Origin: Marsupella aquatica | Taxonomy: Eukaryota; Plantae; Marchantiophyta | Direction of reading: 5' to 3' | Assembly: GCA_973895155.1 (NCBI GenBank) | Contig: OZ316897.1 | Location: 1,204,515 to 1,268,514 of the forward strand | Length of the DNA stretch: 64,000 bases | Part shown: in pieces, positions 13,395-23,624 of the stretch | Layout of the letters: the number at the start of each line of letters is the position of its first letter | Position numbering within the stretch: position 1 is the stretch's first letter | Notes under the pieces: generated by a model | What the model saw: only the letters and a program-made list of their open reading frames with translations | Told to the model about the DNA's origin: nothing | Databases searched by the model: none | Translations under genes and position numbers: made by a program

Positions 13395-15125
13395 TCATAG
13401 TATGATAGGAGGAGGATCGACTACAAGTAGAGGGAGGCGAGCTACATAACCAAGGGCTATCTTCCCTTTGGACCTCTGTCCCTTCAAATACTGTCGACGG
13501 AAAAGGTCCTCACGATATCGGATAAGCTGTGGCTCACTGGTCTTCCGGATGGGATGTCCATCCGGTCCGATCCAAACGAAGTAATCCGATGGCCATGGAA
13601 TGTCTGGAGCTGGAAGAGGGAAAGGTGCTATGACCTTTCGACAGTAATAAACCCAACTCCAAAGGTCAGGAGTCTCAATCGTGGGTAATCTCAGCTTGTC
13701 GATAGGTAGCCATAGAATAGTACGAGAAATCGGGATCATGTCGTAGGTGTGTGGAAAAGGGAAAGACTCACGACCAAACATAAGTGGAGGCAAAGGAGGT
13801 GCGAGAGGAGTGCGTGCATCGATAAGTGACGTAATCATCCTATCAAGCTGGGCGGGAAAGACAAAAAGAGGCTCAATGTCAGCAACAGAAGAGACAATAG
13901 GAGGCGGAGACATCAAAGGTGTAGGAGCTATAAATGGTACACTGGGTGGCACTACAATCTCAGGCTCAGGCTCAGGCTCAGGGAGAGGAGATGGAGGATG
14001 ATCAGGTGTGAATGTAAGAGGGATAGGGGAGTCGGTAATAGGGAAAGGAATGGAATCAGGTAGAGGGGGTGTAGGTGAGGATGGAGGGGTAAGTGAAGGA
14101 TCAGCAATAGGTATCTCTGGCTCATCCACATCCATAGGGTGATCAGGCTGTGGTGAAGGTGCAAGGGGTGAAACAGGAGGGGGTGGAGGTGTACGAGACT
14201 CAGAAAGCAAAGCACAAATATAGTCAAGTAACTGTGGAGGGGTACAACTCAAAAGTCTAGTGGCCTCATCTACCAAATGCTGGTTGAAACCAGCCACACT
14301 AGCTAGTCGCTCAGCATCACCAACAAAATCAGTCCATGATGGGTAAGAAGTGGAAGCAACAAATGAGGGAGAAGTCATCCCTGGTAAATCCGGTGCTGTC
14401 GTCTGCTCCACTGGAGGGGGTCTCGGAGATGTCGTCGGTGGTGGAGTCAACTCTCTCGCTAACTCTGGCTGAGGAAGCTCAAAGTGTCTCGCTCTCCTCC
14501 TCCAATCGCTCAGCTCCACTGGTGTCAAGCAGTCTCTCGAAAAGTAAATGTGCGCCAAGTAGGGTGTCAAATAGGTATCACCTGTAGTCGTCAGGACAGC
14601 TACCTGCTTGGCGATCACCTCCGAAAGAGCTAGGGTCCAGTTGATCCTCCTCTTGCCAGTCCATGAAGCGATAATGGAACTGGTCAAGTAAACCATAGCC
14701 CTGGTGGGTTTGGTCGGATGAAAGATAGGTACAAGGAATCGGAGTAGATGAGCTAACTCCCGGTTCCTGCACTGATCAATCTTCCAACCAGACCTCCGGT
14801 CCCTGGTACCTCTAAAGTAGGGGACAGTCAAGTCCTCCCCAATGGAGATCAGTCTCTCTCCCTCCTGGCTCAATTGGTACACCTCAGAAACAACGGCGAC
14901 GGTACATACATCAGCGGAACCTCTAGTAGAACTCCGGAAAGCTCCAGCTCGGGGTGGACGAAGAAAATCGGCAATGATGGACCCATGTACCACATCCCAA
15001 GGAAGAAAGAGTAAGGAGCTCAAGCCCATCTCTACCAGGTTACTAAGGAGTCTAAAGTAAGCCTTAGGACCTGGTGGTAGAGTCACCCTAATGGCCTTAC
15101 TAATGGGTAAACTCTTGGTGGCCAT
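13395..15125 (-). CDS. Retroelement accessory protein (globular N-terminal domain plus proline-rich region), 576 aa
   Basis: Uninterrupted ORF; N-terminal GWKIDQC..LRFLVPIFHPTKP..INW..YLTPYLAHIY resembles extra ORFs of non-chromovirus gypsy elements (recollection, not searched); upstream GC-rich repeat block like those in the gypsy LTRs. Confidence 0.6.
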   Translation of the reverse strand: MATKSLPISKAIRVTLPPGPKAYFRLLSNLVEMGLSSLLFLPWDVVHGSIIADFLRPPRAGAFRSSTRGSADVCTVAVVSEVYQLSQEGERLISIGEDLTVPYFRGTRDRRSGWKIDQCRNRELAHLLRFLVPIFHPTKPTRAMVYLTSSIIASWTGKRRINWTLALSEVIAKQVAVLTTTGDTYLTPYLAHIYFSRDCLTPVELSDWRRRARHFELPQPELARELTPPPTTSPRPPPVEQTTAPDLPGMTSPSFVASTSYPSWTDFVGDAERLASVAGFNQHLVDEATRLLSCTPPQLLDYICALLSESRTPPPPPVSPLAPSPQPDHPMDVDEPEIPIADPSLTPPSSPTPPLPDSIPFPITDSPIPLTFTPDHPPSPLPEPEPEPEIVVPPSVPFIAPTPLMSPPPIVSSVADIEPLFVFPAQLDRMITSLIDARTPLAPPLPPLMFGRESFPFPHTYDMIPISRTILWLPIDKLRLPTIETPDLWSWVYYCRKVIAPFPLPAPDIPWPSDYFVWIGPDGHPIRKTSEPQLIRYREDLFRRQYLKGQRSKGKIALGYVARLPLLVVDPPPIIL

Positions 15126-15489
15126 GGCTCAGAAAAATCCTGAGAAAGCTCGAGAGCTCTCCTCCTAAAAACGGTTAAGCATTGAAGCTCAGGAATGAAA
15201 TCTCAAGGAGCTAAGGCATCTGCGCTGCTGTGGGAGAAGAAATGAACTGGAAAGAGATAGAAATGAAGGAGTTCTGATCAAGCAAAGCTCTCGAAATGGA
15301 ATTTCTTCAGTTTCAAGAAATCAGAGAGCTTCGATGACCCAATACTCCTCAACGTCTTATCAATGGCAGTTCAGAATTGGGGTGAACATTCTCTAGGCAG
15401 TTGCGCTGCTATAGCAAGTGAAACGAGCTTCAATGGTGGTCTAACGAGTGAGTTCTGAAGGTCGAAGCTCTCGCCCTACTGCCGGCCGC

Positions 15490-15770
15490 CATGGACGTCC
15501 CTCGGAGAAAAGAAGAAAATTGAGATCAGGCCGGCGCGGACGTCAGGTTAGGTCGTGGCGGGTGGACATCCCGGACGTCCCTTCGTGAAGGCCGTCCAAG
15601 ACGTCCTCAAGTTTTTCATGCGGGCCGGCGCAAGAGGAGTCGGCCGTCTTGGCGAAAAATGGGTGCCGTCCCTGTGTAGAAGCCGTCCAAGACGGCTGCC
15701 GTCCCGTCCGTCCAAGACGGCTGCCGTCCCGGCCGTCTTTGTGTAGAAGCCGTCCAGGACGTCTTTGAGT
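15490..15770. repeat. GC-rich array of GACGTCC/GCCGTCC/GACGGC short palindromic motifs upstream of the accessory ORF
   Basis: Repeated GCCGTCCAAGACGGCTGCCGTCCC units. Confidence 0.7.
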
Positions 15771-18265
15771 TTTTTCCATTTTTTCTCCAACTTCTTGCCG
15801 TCTTGATTCTTAGTATGTGAGAACTAGGGTGGCCTTGATGTCTTCCAATGGTGTCCTTACTCCTTTGTGCTTACACTAAGTTAATTTGGCTAAAAATGCC
15901 TTATAAGAACTTGAAAAAATTTAAAAATATATAGTTTTGATACTCTAACTCTCTTTTTGAAATAATCACCTAATTACACAAACTATGCTCCATAGCACAA
16001 TTTAGGGGTATTTGGTTGCCCATTTGGTTGATGGCCCCCCAAAAGAAAAGTGTTGCTCCATAGTACCCCTGAGTGATCCAAACCGTTGATTGACCATGAT
16101 AGAGTTTCAATCAACGTTCCCCAAAACTCAAGAGTCCTATCAAGTAACACTGTTCTCTTGACAGAGGGCCTTTGTGTTATTGTTGGGTCCAATTGTGCCC
16201 ATCAGAGTTTCCTGAACCTTTCTTTAGGTCTATGAGGGCTTTTCTCTAGGGTTTCGAGATCCAGAAACTCCTTCTCAGGAATCTGAGCAGCCGTATCTTT
16301 TCTTGATTTTGTGCTTGATCTTTGTGATTCCTTGTTTTCATGTTTGCTTCATTGAAATTGGAGCTCACTGTTCTCTTCATGGTCTACTACTGCACTCTTT
16401 AAATTTTCTGTAGTCCGTTTGTTATAAAGTTTGCGCCTCAAGTGTCTGTGGAATCTCTCTGGTTTCAAGGGGATTATGCTGACCGTGCCTTTCAACTTTC
16501 AATGGAAAAGTGAGCTGACCTATAGCCTACATCGTGCGCCTATAGTCATACACCCTACAAGCAAACTTTGTAAGTTTTTTCTCGTACTATGAGAATACTG
16601 CTCTGTATCAATTGTATGATTGTGCGAAGAGCATTTTTGGAATGGAATGATCCATCAAATTAAAAGTGATTGGATGGTTGAAAGTCTACCTTCCTGCGCT
16701 ACATCTCTACGATGCACCAACATAGGGTTCACTCAAACCTGTAGTTGTCATCTTGCTCTTTTTAATGATTATCCTCAAGTCCAGTGGAAAAGGGAGGGCT
16801 ATTGTTCTTCTCGGGCTATCCTATCGGGAATCCTAATTAATTGGAAATCTATGATCCATGCAATTGATCAAAATCTACTATTGACAGGTTTAAGACCAAT
16901 TTCAGCCTCGACGCAATAAACCTCAATCTCCTTGTTGTACGCTTTATATATCTAATATATCCTTTTGTGGTTTTAACTTTACGACTAGCTTCCATTTTCT
17001 CCCGTTGAATTATTCGCTCCCGTTGAATTCCAGTAGATCCTTAGTGGAAATTTGTCTAACATGTGGACAATCAAATCTCTGTGTTTCCTCACACCTCCAG
17101 TGTTTGAACTTCCTATCCGTTTGATCGGTGTTGCTGCTCGGGGTGCTGCTCCCTCAATGGATGAGAGTGCTAATATTTCTGACTATGCAGTGCTATCTGG
17201 ACCGCATCTGAGCTATCTCCAACAGTCCTCAAATTATTTTCGACTCGGAGTCCAGCCCTGAATATAAGTTGAACTTGCACATCAGTGTCACTTATTCGAG
17301 AGTACCTAGTGCGTTAGTTAGTGTCAAAAGTCAGTGTCTTCAAATTAAATGGCTTGGAAACTTAAGAACCTGGCAAGGTATTCCCAATACAGTTTAAAAT
17401 GATGTTTAATGACGTAGACTCATATTTCAAAAAGTTGTTGTTGATTGTTTCTGAAGCGACTTCATTCATAAGTGAATGAAATTAAACATCGCTTGAAACG
17501 GTGCTGGAATACTTTGTCATTGGAGTGACATAATTGAACTTAATTTAACACCAGTTGACCAGCTCGGCTATACCTGTTGCACAACACTTACCTAGGTGCA
17601 CAGTTTCCGCCATCAGCTATTAATTTTGAATTGATAGCAGTCGTGGATAGTCCTTGTGAGAGGTTGTCAGCTTCCCAATGAACCATGTGCGACAGACTTA
17701 GCAGAATTGCAGAAAGAGTACATATATTACCCGCAATGGAAGAGGATTTGCCGCTCATTACAATTAGTTTGGGATCGATCAAGGAAATGACAAATGGTCA
17801 CGGAGGGTTCAATCAGTAGTGCTTACTTACGCATACATAAGGCCTTTCCAATTACTTGCAGTAGGCAAGGGTTTACTGCTTGTGAAAGGGTTCATGTAAT
17901 TGTTTGTGTTACTTACTTAAGTTCTCTTCAGAGCACCATCTTCACGCCCAGTTGGGATCAGAGCACTCTCTGGTCAATCATTTGTGTTTATTGCCCAGGT
18001 AAACAACTAGTGACTATAGCTACTGAATATCTTTATACAGTAGAGTTAGAATTTTTTCTCGCTCAATAGACTGACTCCATAGAAATTGTCAACCAGCATA
18101 TATTGCAGCAGTGGGAACATCAGAGAACATTAGACAGCGGCATGCCGTCTGGGAAAACATCTCTTCTCCTTTAGTGAGCACATATCCTGTACAGTCAAGT
18201 GCATTCCGGCGACCGTCCACTTTAGCAACCTGCTCAACTTCCCGTTGGAAGCCATTGCTGGGAAG

Positions 18266-18722
18266 TGTTGGGTATTTACTCTTACGTCTAGGTTAGGTAT
18301 GACGTGGTTGGTACAACAACGTGGGTTGGTACAACTACGTGGTTAGGTACAACTACGTGATTAGGTACAACTATGTGGTTAGGTACAACTACGTGATTAG
18401 GTACAACTATGTGGTTAGGTACAACTACGTGATTAGGTACAACTATGTGGTTAGGTACAACTAAGTTGCACACTAGATCATAAGAGGCATGTGTGCTTGG
18501 AGAGGTAGAACCAAGGCTCATTGTTATGGAGCCACTTGAGAGATAGGGAGAGCTTACACTGTGCAGACTCGGTATAGCCGACGGGCTTAGAGTTCAGTAA
18601 AGCTCTCTTGTGTGTTCCTGTGGACGTAGCCTCAAGGAGGTGAACCACGTATCTCTTGTGTCGACTATTGTGCGTTGGATGGTTCATGGGCTTGCCGTTG
18701 CGATCGTCGTCTATGCTCAACA
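18266..18722 (+). mobile_element. Copia-type solo LTR
   Basis: TGTTG..CAACA termini; TSD GGAAG at 18261-18265 and 18723-18727; GTGGACGTAGCC..AACCACGTA motif shared with the 4516 copia LTR. Confidence 0.9.
18291..18463. repeat. 18-bp minisatellite (GGTTAGGTACAACTAYGT), about 9 copies, inside the solo LTR
   Basis: Direct reading of the tandem units. Confidence 0.93.
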
Positions 18723-18818
18723 GGAAGGAGAACAAAATCATGTCATACGGTCCAAAAAGAGTACTGCTTGGGACCTTCAAATTGGCAAACACGCTATAAA
18801 TCCTGATCGCTTTGCTAT

Positions 18819-19105
18819 CTCAGGGGGTTAACTAAGTGTATATTTTGGGGTACCACGTGTGATCCTAGCCTAATATAAATAGACCTATTTTATAAAGAAA
18901 ACATTCCAAAAATATTCTCCATTTTCAACATTAATAACCTATTTTACTTTATAAAAGGTATATATTAGAGAATATTCTATAAACATGGGGTTATAATACC
19001 TTCTTTTGCCTCTTACGCTTTTTAAAAATTTAGTTAATTTCTATTAAAAATACCTATTTTGGATCGCACGTGGTTCCTAAGATTTTTGATAGTCAACCCC
19101 TCGAG
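18819..19105. mobile_element. MITE with ~45-bp TIRs starting CTC(A/G)(G/A)GGGG and 8-bp TSD
   Basis: Left CTCAGGGGGTTAACTA..CCACGTGTGATCC; right (reverse complement) CTCGAGGGGTTGACTA..CCACGTGCGATCC; TSD TTTGCTAT / TTTGCTGT. Confidence 0.82.
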
Positions 19106-19596
19106 TTTGCTGTCATCAAACTGTTTGTTTGGGGAGCAGGTTAATGAATATGCACTAGAGGTTTGCATATATGCGGTTTGAATATCGCACCTACACTAGA
19201 GGAAGACAACAGAATATGGTTGAGCTAAGATTTGGCATACACCTTTGTGACAGGTAGCTGCACTAGGGGATGACAACAAAACGTGGTTGAAGCTAAGGCT
19301 TGACACACACCTATATTATAGGTATTTGCATGTGTATCAGTCAAGGGATGCTTTATCTTGCAGTTTGAGTTTCCTGTGGTCAACAATACATTGACTAGGG
19401 CTTTGAAGAAGGGCTCTCTGCTAAGGAAGAGAGAGGAAGTGTCCATGGCAGTGTACTCACAACCATTGCAATAGGCATTAATTTTCTATGTCTTTTATAT
19501 CCCGTTCAATCCATCCTTGGTTGTGTGGTCTATGGAAAATAACCTAACCTTTTTTGGGTATCATGTTTCTAAGTTTTTTGTGTTATCCACTTGCAG

Positions 19597-21526
19597 ATTG
19601 TGGACAACCTTGAAAGTTGGAACTTTATGAGAGTAAATAGACCTTTTGCTACGAGGCACATTTACTCTTCTCCTTCATACAAACAGCGCCAAGAAAGTAA
19701 GTATATCATGAGCCCCCGTTGGAGAAGAAAGTCTTGTCCTTGAAATAACAAAATACATGTTTGAAAAAATTCTAAAACTTAGTTACAAATCAAGGCATTC
19801 TGGTACACACATCCGAAAGGGTCGGTGTACTGTTTGACCTCAGCTGTAAATTTACAAACCTAAAAAATATGTTTGAAAAAACTATGAAAAGTTACATATT
19901 AAGGCATTTCGGTACACACATCCAAAAGGGTCGGTGTACAGTTTGACCCAAGTTGTAACTTTACAAACCTAAAAATATATGTTTGAATTTTTTTTTAAAG
20001 TTACAAATTAAAGCATTCTTGTACACACATTTGTAAGAGTTGGCGTCTTGTTTGACCCAAGTTGTAACTTTATGAACTTAATAATTTTTGTTTTCTTGTA
20101 GATGGTCAAACCAAAAAAAATCACCTGATTGAAAATAAATGTGAAGCATGGGGAGATGATTTTTCTGTTAATTTATTTGTTCAAATTTGGGTATACTTGA
20201 GCAAATTGCACCTTCAAAAAGAAAGGTTTGCACTGTCTTGGATTCTAAGAGATGAAAAAGTTCTTGTACTTTTTGTTACAAAGTACTCAATATCACGCTC
20301 AATAGATCCTCAAAGTTTTCCAAAGCTATACTTTGGAATGGGTATAAAAATTGCAAGGAAAGACAAAATGAAGTTCCTGTGTTCTGTCCGGATACACGGA
20401 AAGAAATTGATGAAATGTTTTCCAATCATCAATGTAGGTTGAACTTACCAAAACTCATACGTCAGTTCATTGGAATATTTTCTCACTATACTGAAAGAAA
20501 ACTTCAAACTATGAGAAAAGTTCAAGAAACCTCTTGTGCTACAAGTAGTTTTTTTTCTAAAGTAGAAGTAACTGTCCACCGTATCTCTTCCTCTCGTGTT
20601 GCACATTACAAAGGGTGCATCCTTGGAACATGGAATGGTAAGAAGACTAGTTCTTCCTGTGCTAATGTTGGGTTTATATTTAGGGACTTCCCTAATGATT
20701 TTGTGGTTATGGACAAAACCAATAACTGTACATATTTTTACGATAGGTCAGGATCCAAGCCTTATCTTATAGCAGTGGTTCTACGCCATCAAAAACTATC
20801 ATGTGAAACTATGAGTTTCATTTGAAGTTTATTAGTTTCCTTATTTGATTCACATTACGAGATTAAAAGGGGAAAAAACAAGGCATCATTCGAGAGTTAC
20901 ATGACAGGATTTGGTCCTTTTGATAATCCATATACAAGTCCAAAAGAGTATCTTTTTATACTCACAAAACAAAAATCAGGCATCTCTGAACAGACTGTGC
21001 ACAATCCATGACTTCCGCTTTTGAGGATTTAGTTGATAAGTACTCTCATCTTGAGCTTGTCAACATCATTTTGGCTCTTTATATGTGGTGGTGCCCTAGA
21101 GTGTTGGAAAGTTATTTCAAATACTCCCACCCATATCTTGCTCCTGAAGACCATGATATGTCATTTTTTGAGAAAGAATTGGAAAGTAAAGGGCCAAGCT
21201 CTTATCAACTTTACATCAGCAAAGATTTCTGCACCAAAATGCACGAAGATGAAGACACGGCAGAGTTTACATTATGTTATGCTAGTCATCTAGATTCAAC
21301 AATTTTGCCAATCGATTTTGTGATTCCTGAATATGGAATGCGTCTGGGAATTGAAGATGGCAACCTCTTTGCTTTCCGTAGTGATGTTGTACATGGCACG
21401 ACATACATGAGCTCAACTAGTAATGCCGCTTATGTAGGTGCTCTTACGATAAATAAAAATTGGATAGATTGTTACAAAGGAATCATAGAAATACTTAAAT
21501 TTGTTAGATTGTGTATCCACTTATAA
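19597..21526 (+). pseudogene. Spliced, degenerate gene with a C-terminal TET/JBP-like Fe(II) dioxygenase domain
   Basis: Exon 19597-19696 and GT..AG intron 19697-20101 join in frame to the 20197 ORF frame; further pieces 20379-20825 and 21008-21526 with frameshifts and stops; H-E-D at 21242-21250, FVIPEYG..DG.LFAF, distal H-G-T at 21392. Confidence 0.65.
19757..20075 (+). repeat. Tandem 109-bp repeat x3, each folding into a long hairpin, located in an intron
   Basis: Hairpin units start GTTACA at 19782, 19891 and 20000; core GTACACACATCC-N4-GGGTCGGTGTAC. Confidence 0.9.
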
Positions 21527-21621
21527 AACTTTCAAAAATGATTTCTTTCTAGTCTATAGTAGTGATCATAAAAACTTAACATTGCTAGACCTTTACAAAT
21601 GATTAAAAACATTTTTTCAGT

Positions 21622-21965
21622 CTATTTTGCACTACATTTTTGACAACTTCTATTCTCAACTATTTGATAAACATCCCAAAGCTCTTCCAAAAGTTCCATA
21701 CGAGCCTCTTCTTCCTCGAATGTTGGCTTGAAAAACATTTTCAGCAACCGATCATATTTCCATCAATACATGGATTTTCCTTCACAACCTCCGCTGACTA
21801 GCCCACTACAATGAATTCTTGGATTGTCTATGCATTCAGTTTGAGGACTAGTATTCATGCTGTAAATAGTCATAACACTACTGTCACATGAACTGCAACC
21901 AGACTCTTGCAACAGTCCAATCAAATTCACAGTACTACTCAAAATGCAGTAATCTAGATTGTCTC
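21622..21965 (-). pseudogene. Small degenerate ORF with CxxC motifs, unknown function
   Basis: ~110-codon frame ..ESGCSSCD..SMY*WKYDRLLKMFFKPTFEEEEARMELLEELW..RSCQKCSAK* with one internal stop. Confidence 0.35.
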
Positions 21966-22002
21966 ACAAAGATATAATTGTCATAGTGACTAGTCACTCA
22001 GG

Positions 22003-22308
22003 CCCGGGGTCCTCACTTCTTTTCTTCCGACCCATCATGCGCGAATAAGTATAGGGTTTTTTTATTGGCTTTAGTGAAATACTTTTAAATTTTTGTTTAA
22101 GAAGATTAGGGTTATTTTAATCCAATTTTGAGAATTATAAGAATCATAGGGTTTTTTATTATCAAATATAGGAATATTCTTGGAATATTCCATTAAGTTA
22201 GGGGTAAAGAAAGTCCTAAAAAAACTTTAATGACTTAACTTTTAGGGTGTTTATTCCCCCAAAACTTTGAGCGTGATATGGGACACCCCTTGGATTGAGG
22301 CCCCCGAG
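22003..22308. mobile_element. MITE with TIR C(T/C)CGGGG(G/T)CCTCA and 8-bp TSD
   Basis: TSD CACTCAGG 21995-22002 / CACTTAGG 22309-22316; AT-rich interior with GAATATTC motifs like the 18819 MITE. Confidence 0.78.
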
Positions 22309-22569
22309 CACTTAGGCAATTACTTTTTTTGTCACCGAATCAGTCATGTACTTAAAAGGTAGTACAATATAGCATGGTGAAATGTTTTGTGTGTGCTGAT
22401 CTTTACAAATTAAAGTAGCAAATAGTCTCACGCTTATGATAGCATCCACATAACACTACATGTAGTTAAAACGTATGTGTTCTATGTACATTTACGTTTT
22501 CTTGGAGATACTTCTATCTTAATACTTCCAGGAAAGCTAGAAGTAGCACCATCATCAAACAAAGAATGC

Positions 22570-22974
22570 TTAGGAATATATATCTCGTAATCCACCTGCA
22601 TCTCGTTTGTTGTTCATTTGAGCAATGACTTTCCCTGCCTGGTTTGCTGTCAAATTGACCAAAATGTCCACAGGTTCTTTGAATGAATGACGTAGCTGTC
22701 TCAACTGATCTATCGCTTCTCCTCTTGTATGACATTTCAGTAATTTCATGCTCTCTTTCCTTGTCAGTGTTTCATTATCAAATGAAACATGTTTGTAACG
22801 TAGACATTCTTTTACAATGCCTGCACACAAGTCCAGATGTACATAAGAATCACACAATATATAATCTAGTATAAAAAGAATTTGCCATGTATATATAGCT
22901 AAAAAATTTAGAAAGTAAGATTCATACCAGATGTCGGATACTCTCCATGCATATCCAAAAACATTTGTTACCAT
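22570..22974 (-). CDS. Hypothetical protein downstream of the helicase
   Basis: 134-aa ORF whose ATG overlaps the stop of the upstream ORF; no recognised domain. Confidence 0.35.
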   Translation of the reverse strand: MVTNVFGYAWRVSDIWYESYFLNFLAIYTWQILFILDYILCDSYVHLDLCAGIVKECLRYKHVSFDNETLTRKESMKLLKCHTRGEAIDQLRQLRHSFKEPVDILVNLTANQAGKVIAQMNNKRDAGGLRDIYS

Positions 22975-23282
22975 TCCTTTTTAGCATCAATGAGAAGACT
23001 CATGCCCTTCACACTTATACCACCTTCCCACTCTGTCATCTCTATCCCCAATGAATCTGCATAGCTAATTTGTTTTGGTGTAGGCTCCTTCATTGGTTCC
23101 TCCCCTTTATCTTCTATGTCTTCATCCTTGATATCAACAAGGATCATTCGTAAATCCTCTTTGGCTGTCGGGGTTCCGTGTTTTGTTGCCGTTGCTCTTA
23201 CTTTCACTTCAGGCGACAATTCAGATGCCAAGTACGTTGACTGGAGATTGTTGTGTACCATTTCCGTAATTGAAAACAACAT
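22968..23282 (-). CDS. Hypothetical protein with a PTPKQISYADSLGI..SLLID motif
   Basis: 104-aa ORF directly downstream of the helicase stop; small helical motif of the T-x-KQ-xx-YA-x-LGI type. Confidence 0.4.
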   Translation of the reverse strand: MLFSITEMVHNNLQSTYLASELSPEVKVRATATKHGTPTAKEDLRMILVDIKDEDIEDKGEEPMKEPTPKQISYADSLGIEMTEWEGGISVKGMSLLIDAKKEW

Positions 23283-23375
23283 TCTCAGTTGCTTTCAAGT
23301 TCTCTGTGTTGTGCAAGTTCCTCTTCGGTGCCATTTCAAAAGATCTGCGCATGTCATTCCCCAACTTACTACATC

Positions 23376-23624
23376 TCATTCTCTATAGACAATAAAATCC
23401 ATAGGAGATAACTTACCCACAATTTTTAAATTCTTCCTGTTTGTAACACGACTTAACATCACATATGTTAGACCAGGAGCAAATGCTTCAGTTAGCACAA
23501 CCAGAACTTTTCCAGTTAAAGTACATCCTTGTGATTTATGTCCTGTAATCAAATATCCTAACATTAGTGGAAATGTTGACTTCTGGTAACTAATCATGTT
23601 CTTGATTCTTTTGTATTTAGTACA
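23376..23624 (-). pseudogene. Pif1-family helicase, C-terminal piece (motifs V and VI)
   Basis: STFPLMLGYLITGHKSQGCTL..EAFAPGLTYVMLSRVT. Confidence 0.9.

Noticed and set aside
10060-17600. Helitron 3' end (hairpin plus CTRR) for the helicase element
   Set aside because: No convincing terminus found by eye, so element boundaries are not claimed
18291-18463. Regular repeats as a CRISPR array or a VVPNH-repeat protein
   Set aside because: Head-to-tail 18-bp units without unique spacers, inside a TSD-flanked solo LTR; the ORF is a by-product
19757-20075. Hairpin array as CRISPR, hammerhead ribozyme or group II intron domain V
   Set aside because: Linkers are homologous rather than unique; no CUGANGA core; no AGC triad with the domain V geometry
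18819-22308. The two MITEs as ends of one composite transposon carrying the TET-like gene
   Set aside because: Each has its own pair of TIRs and its own distinct TSD, so they are independent insertions
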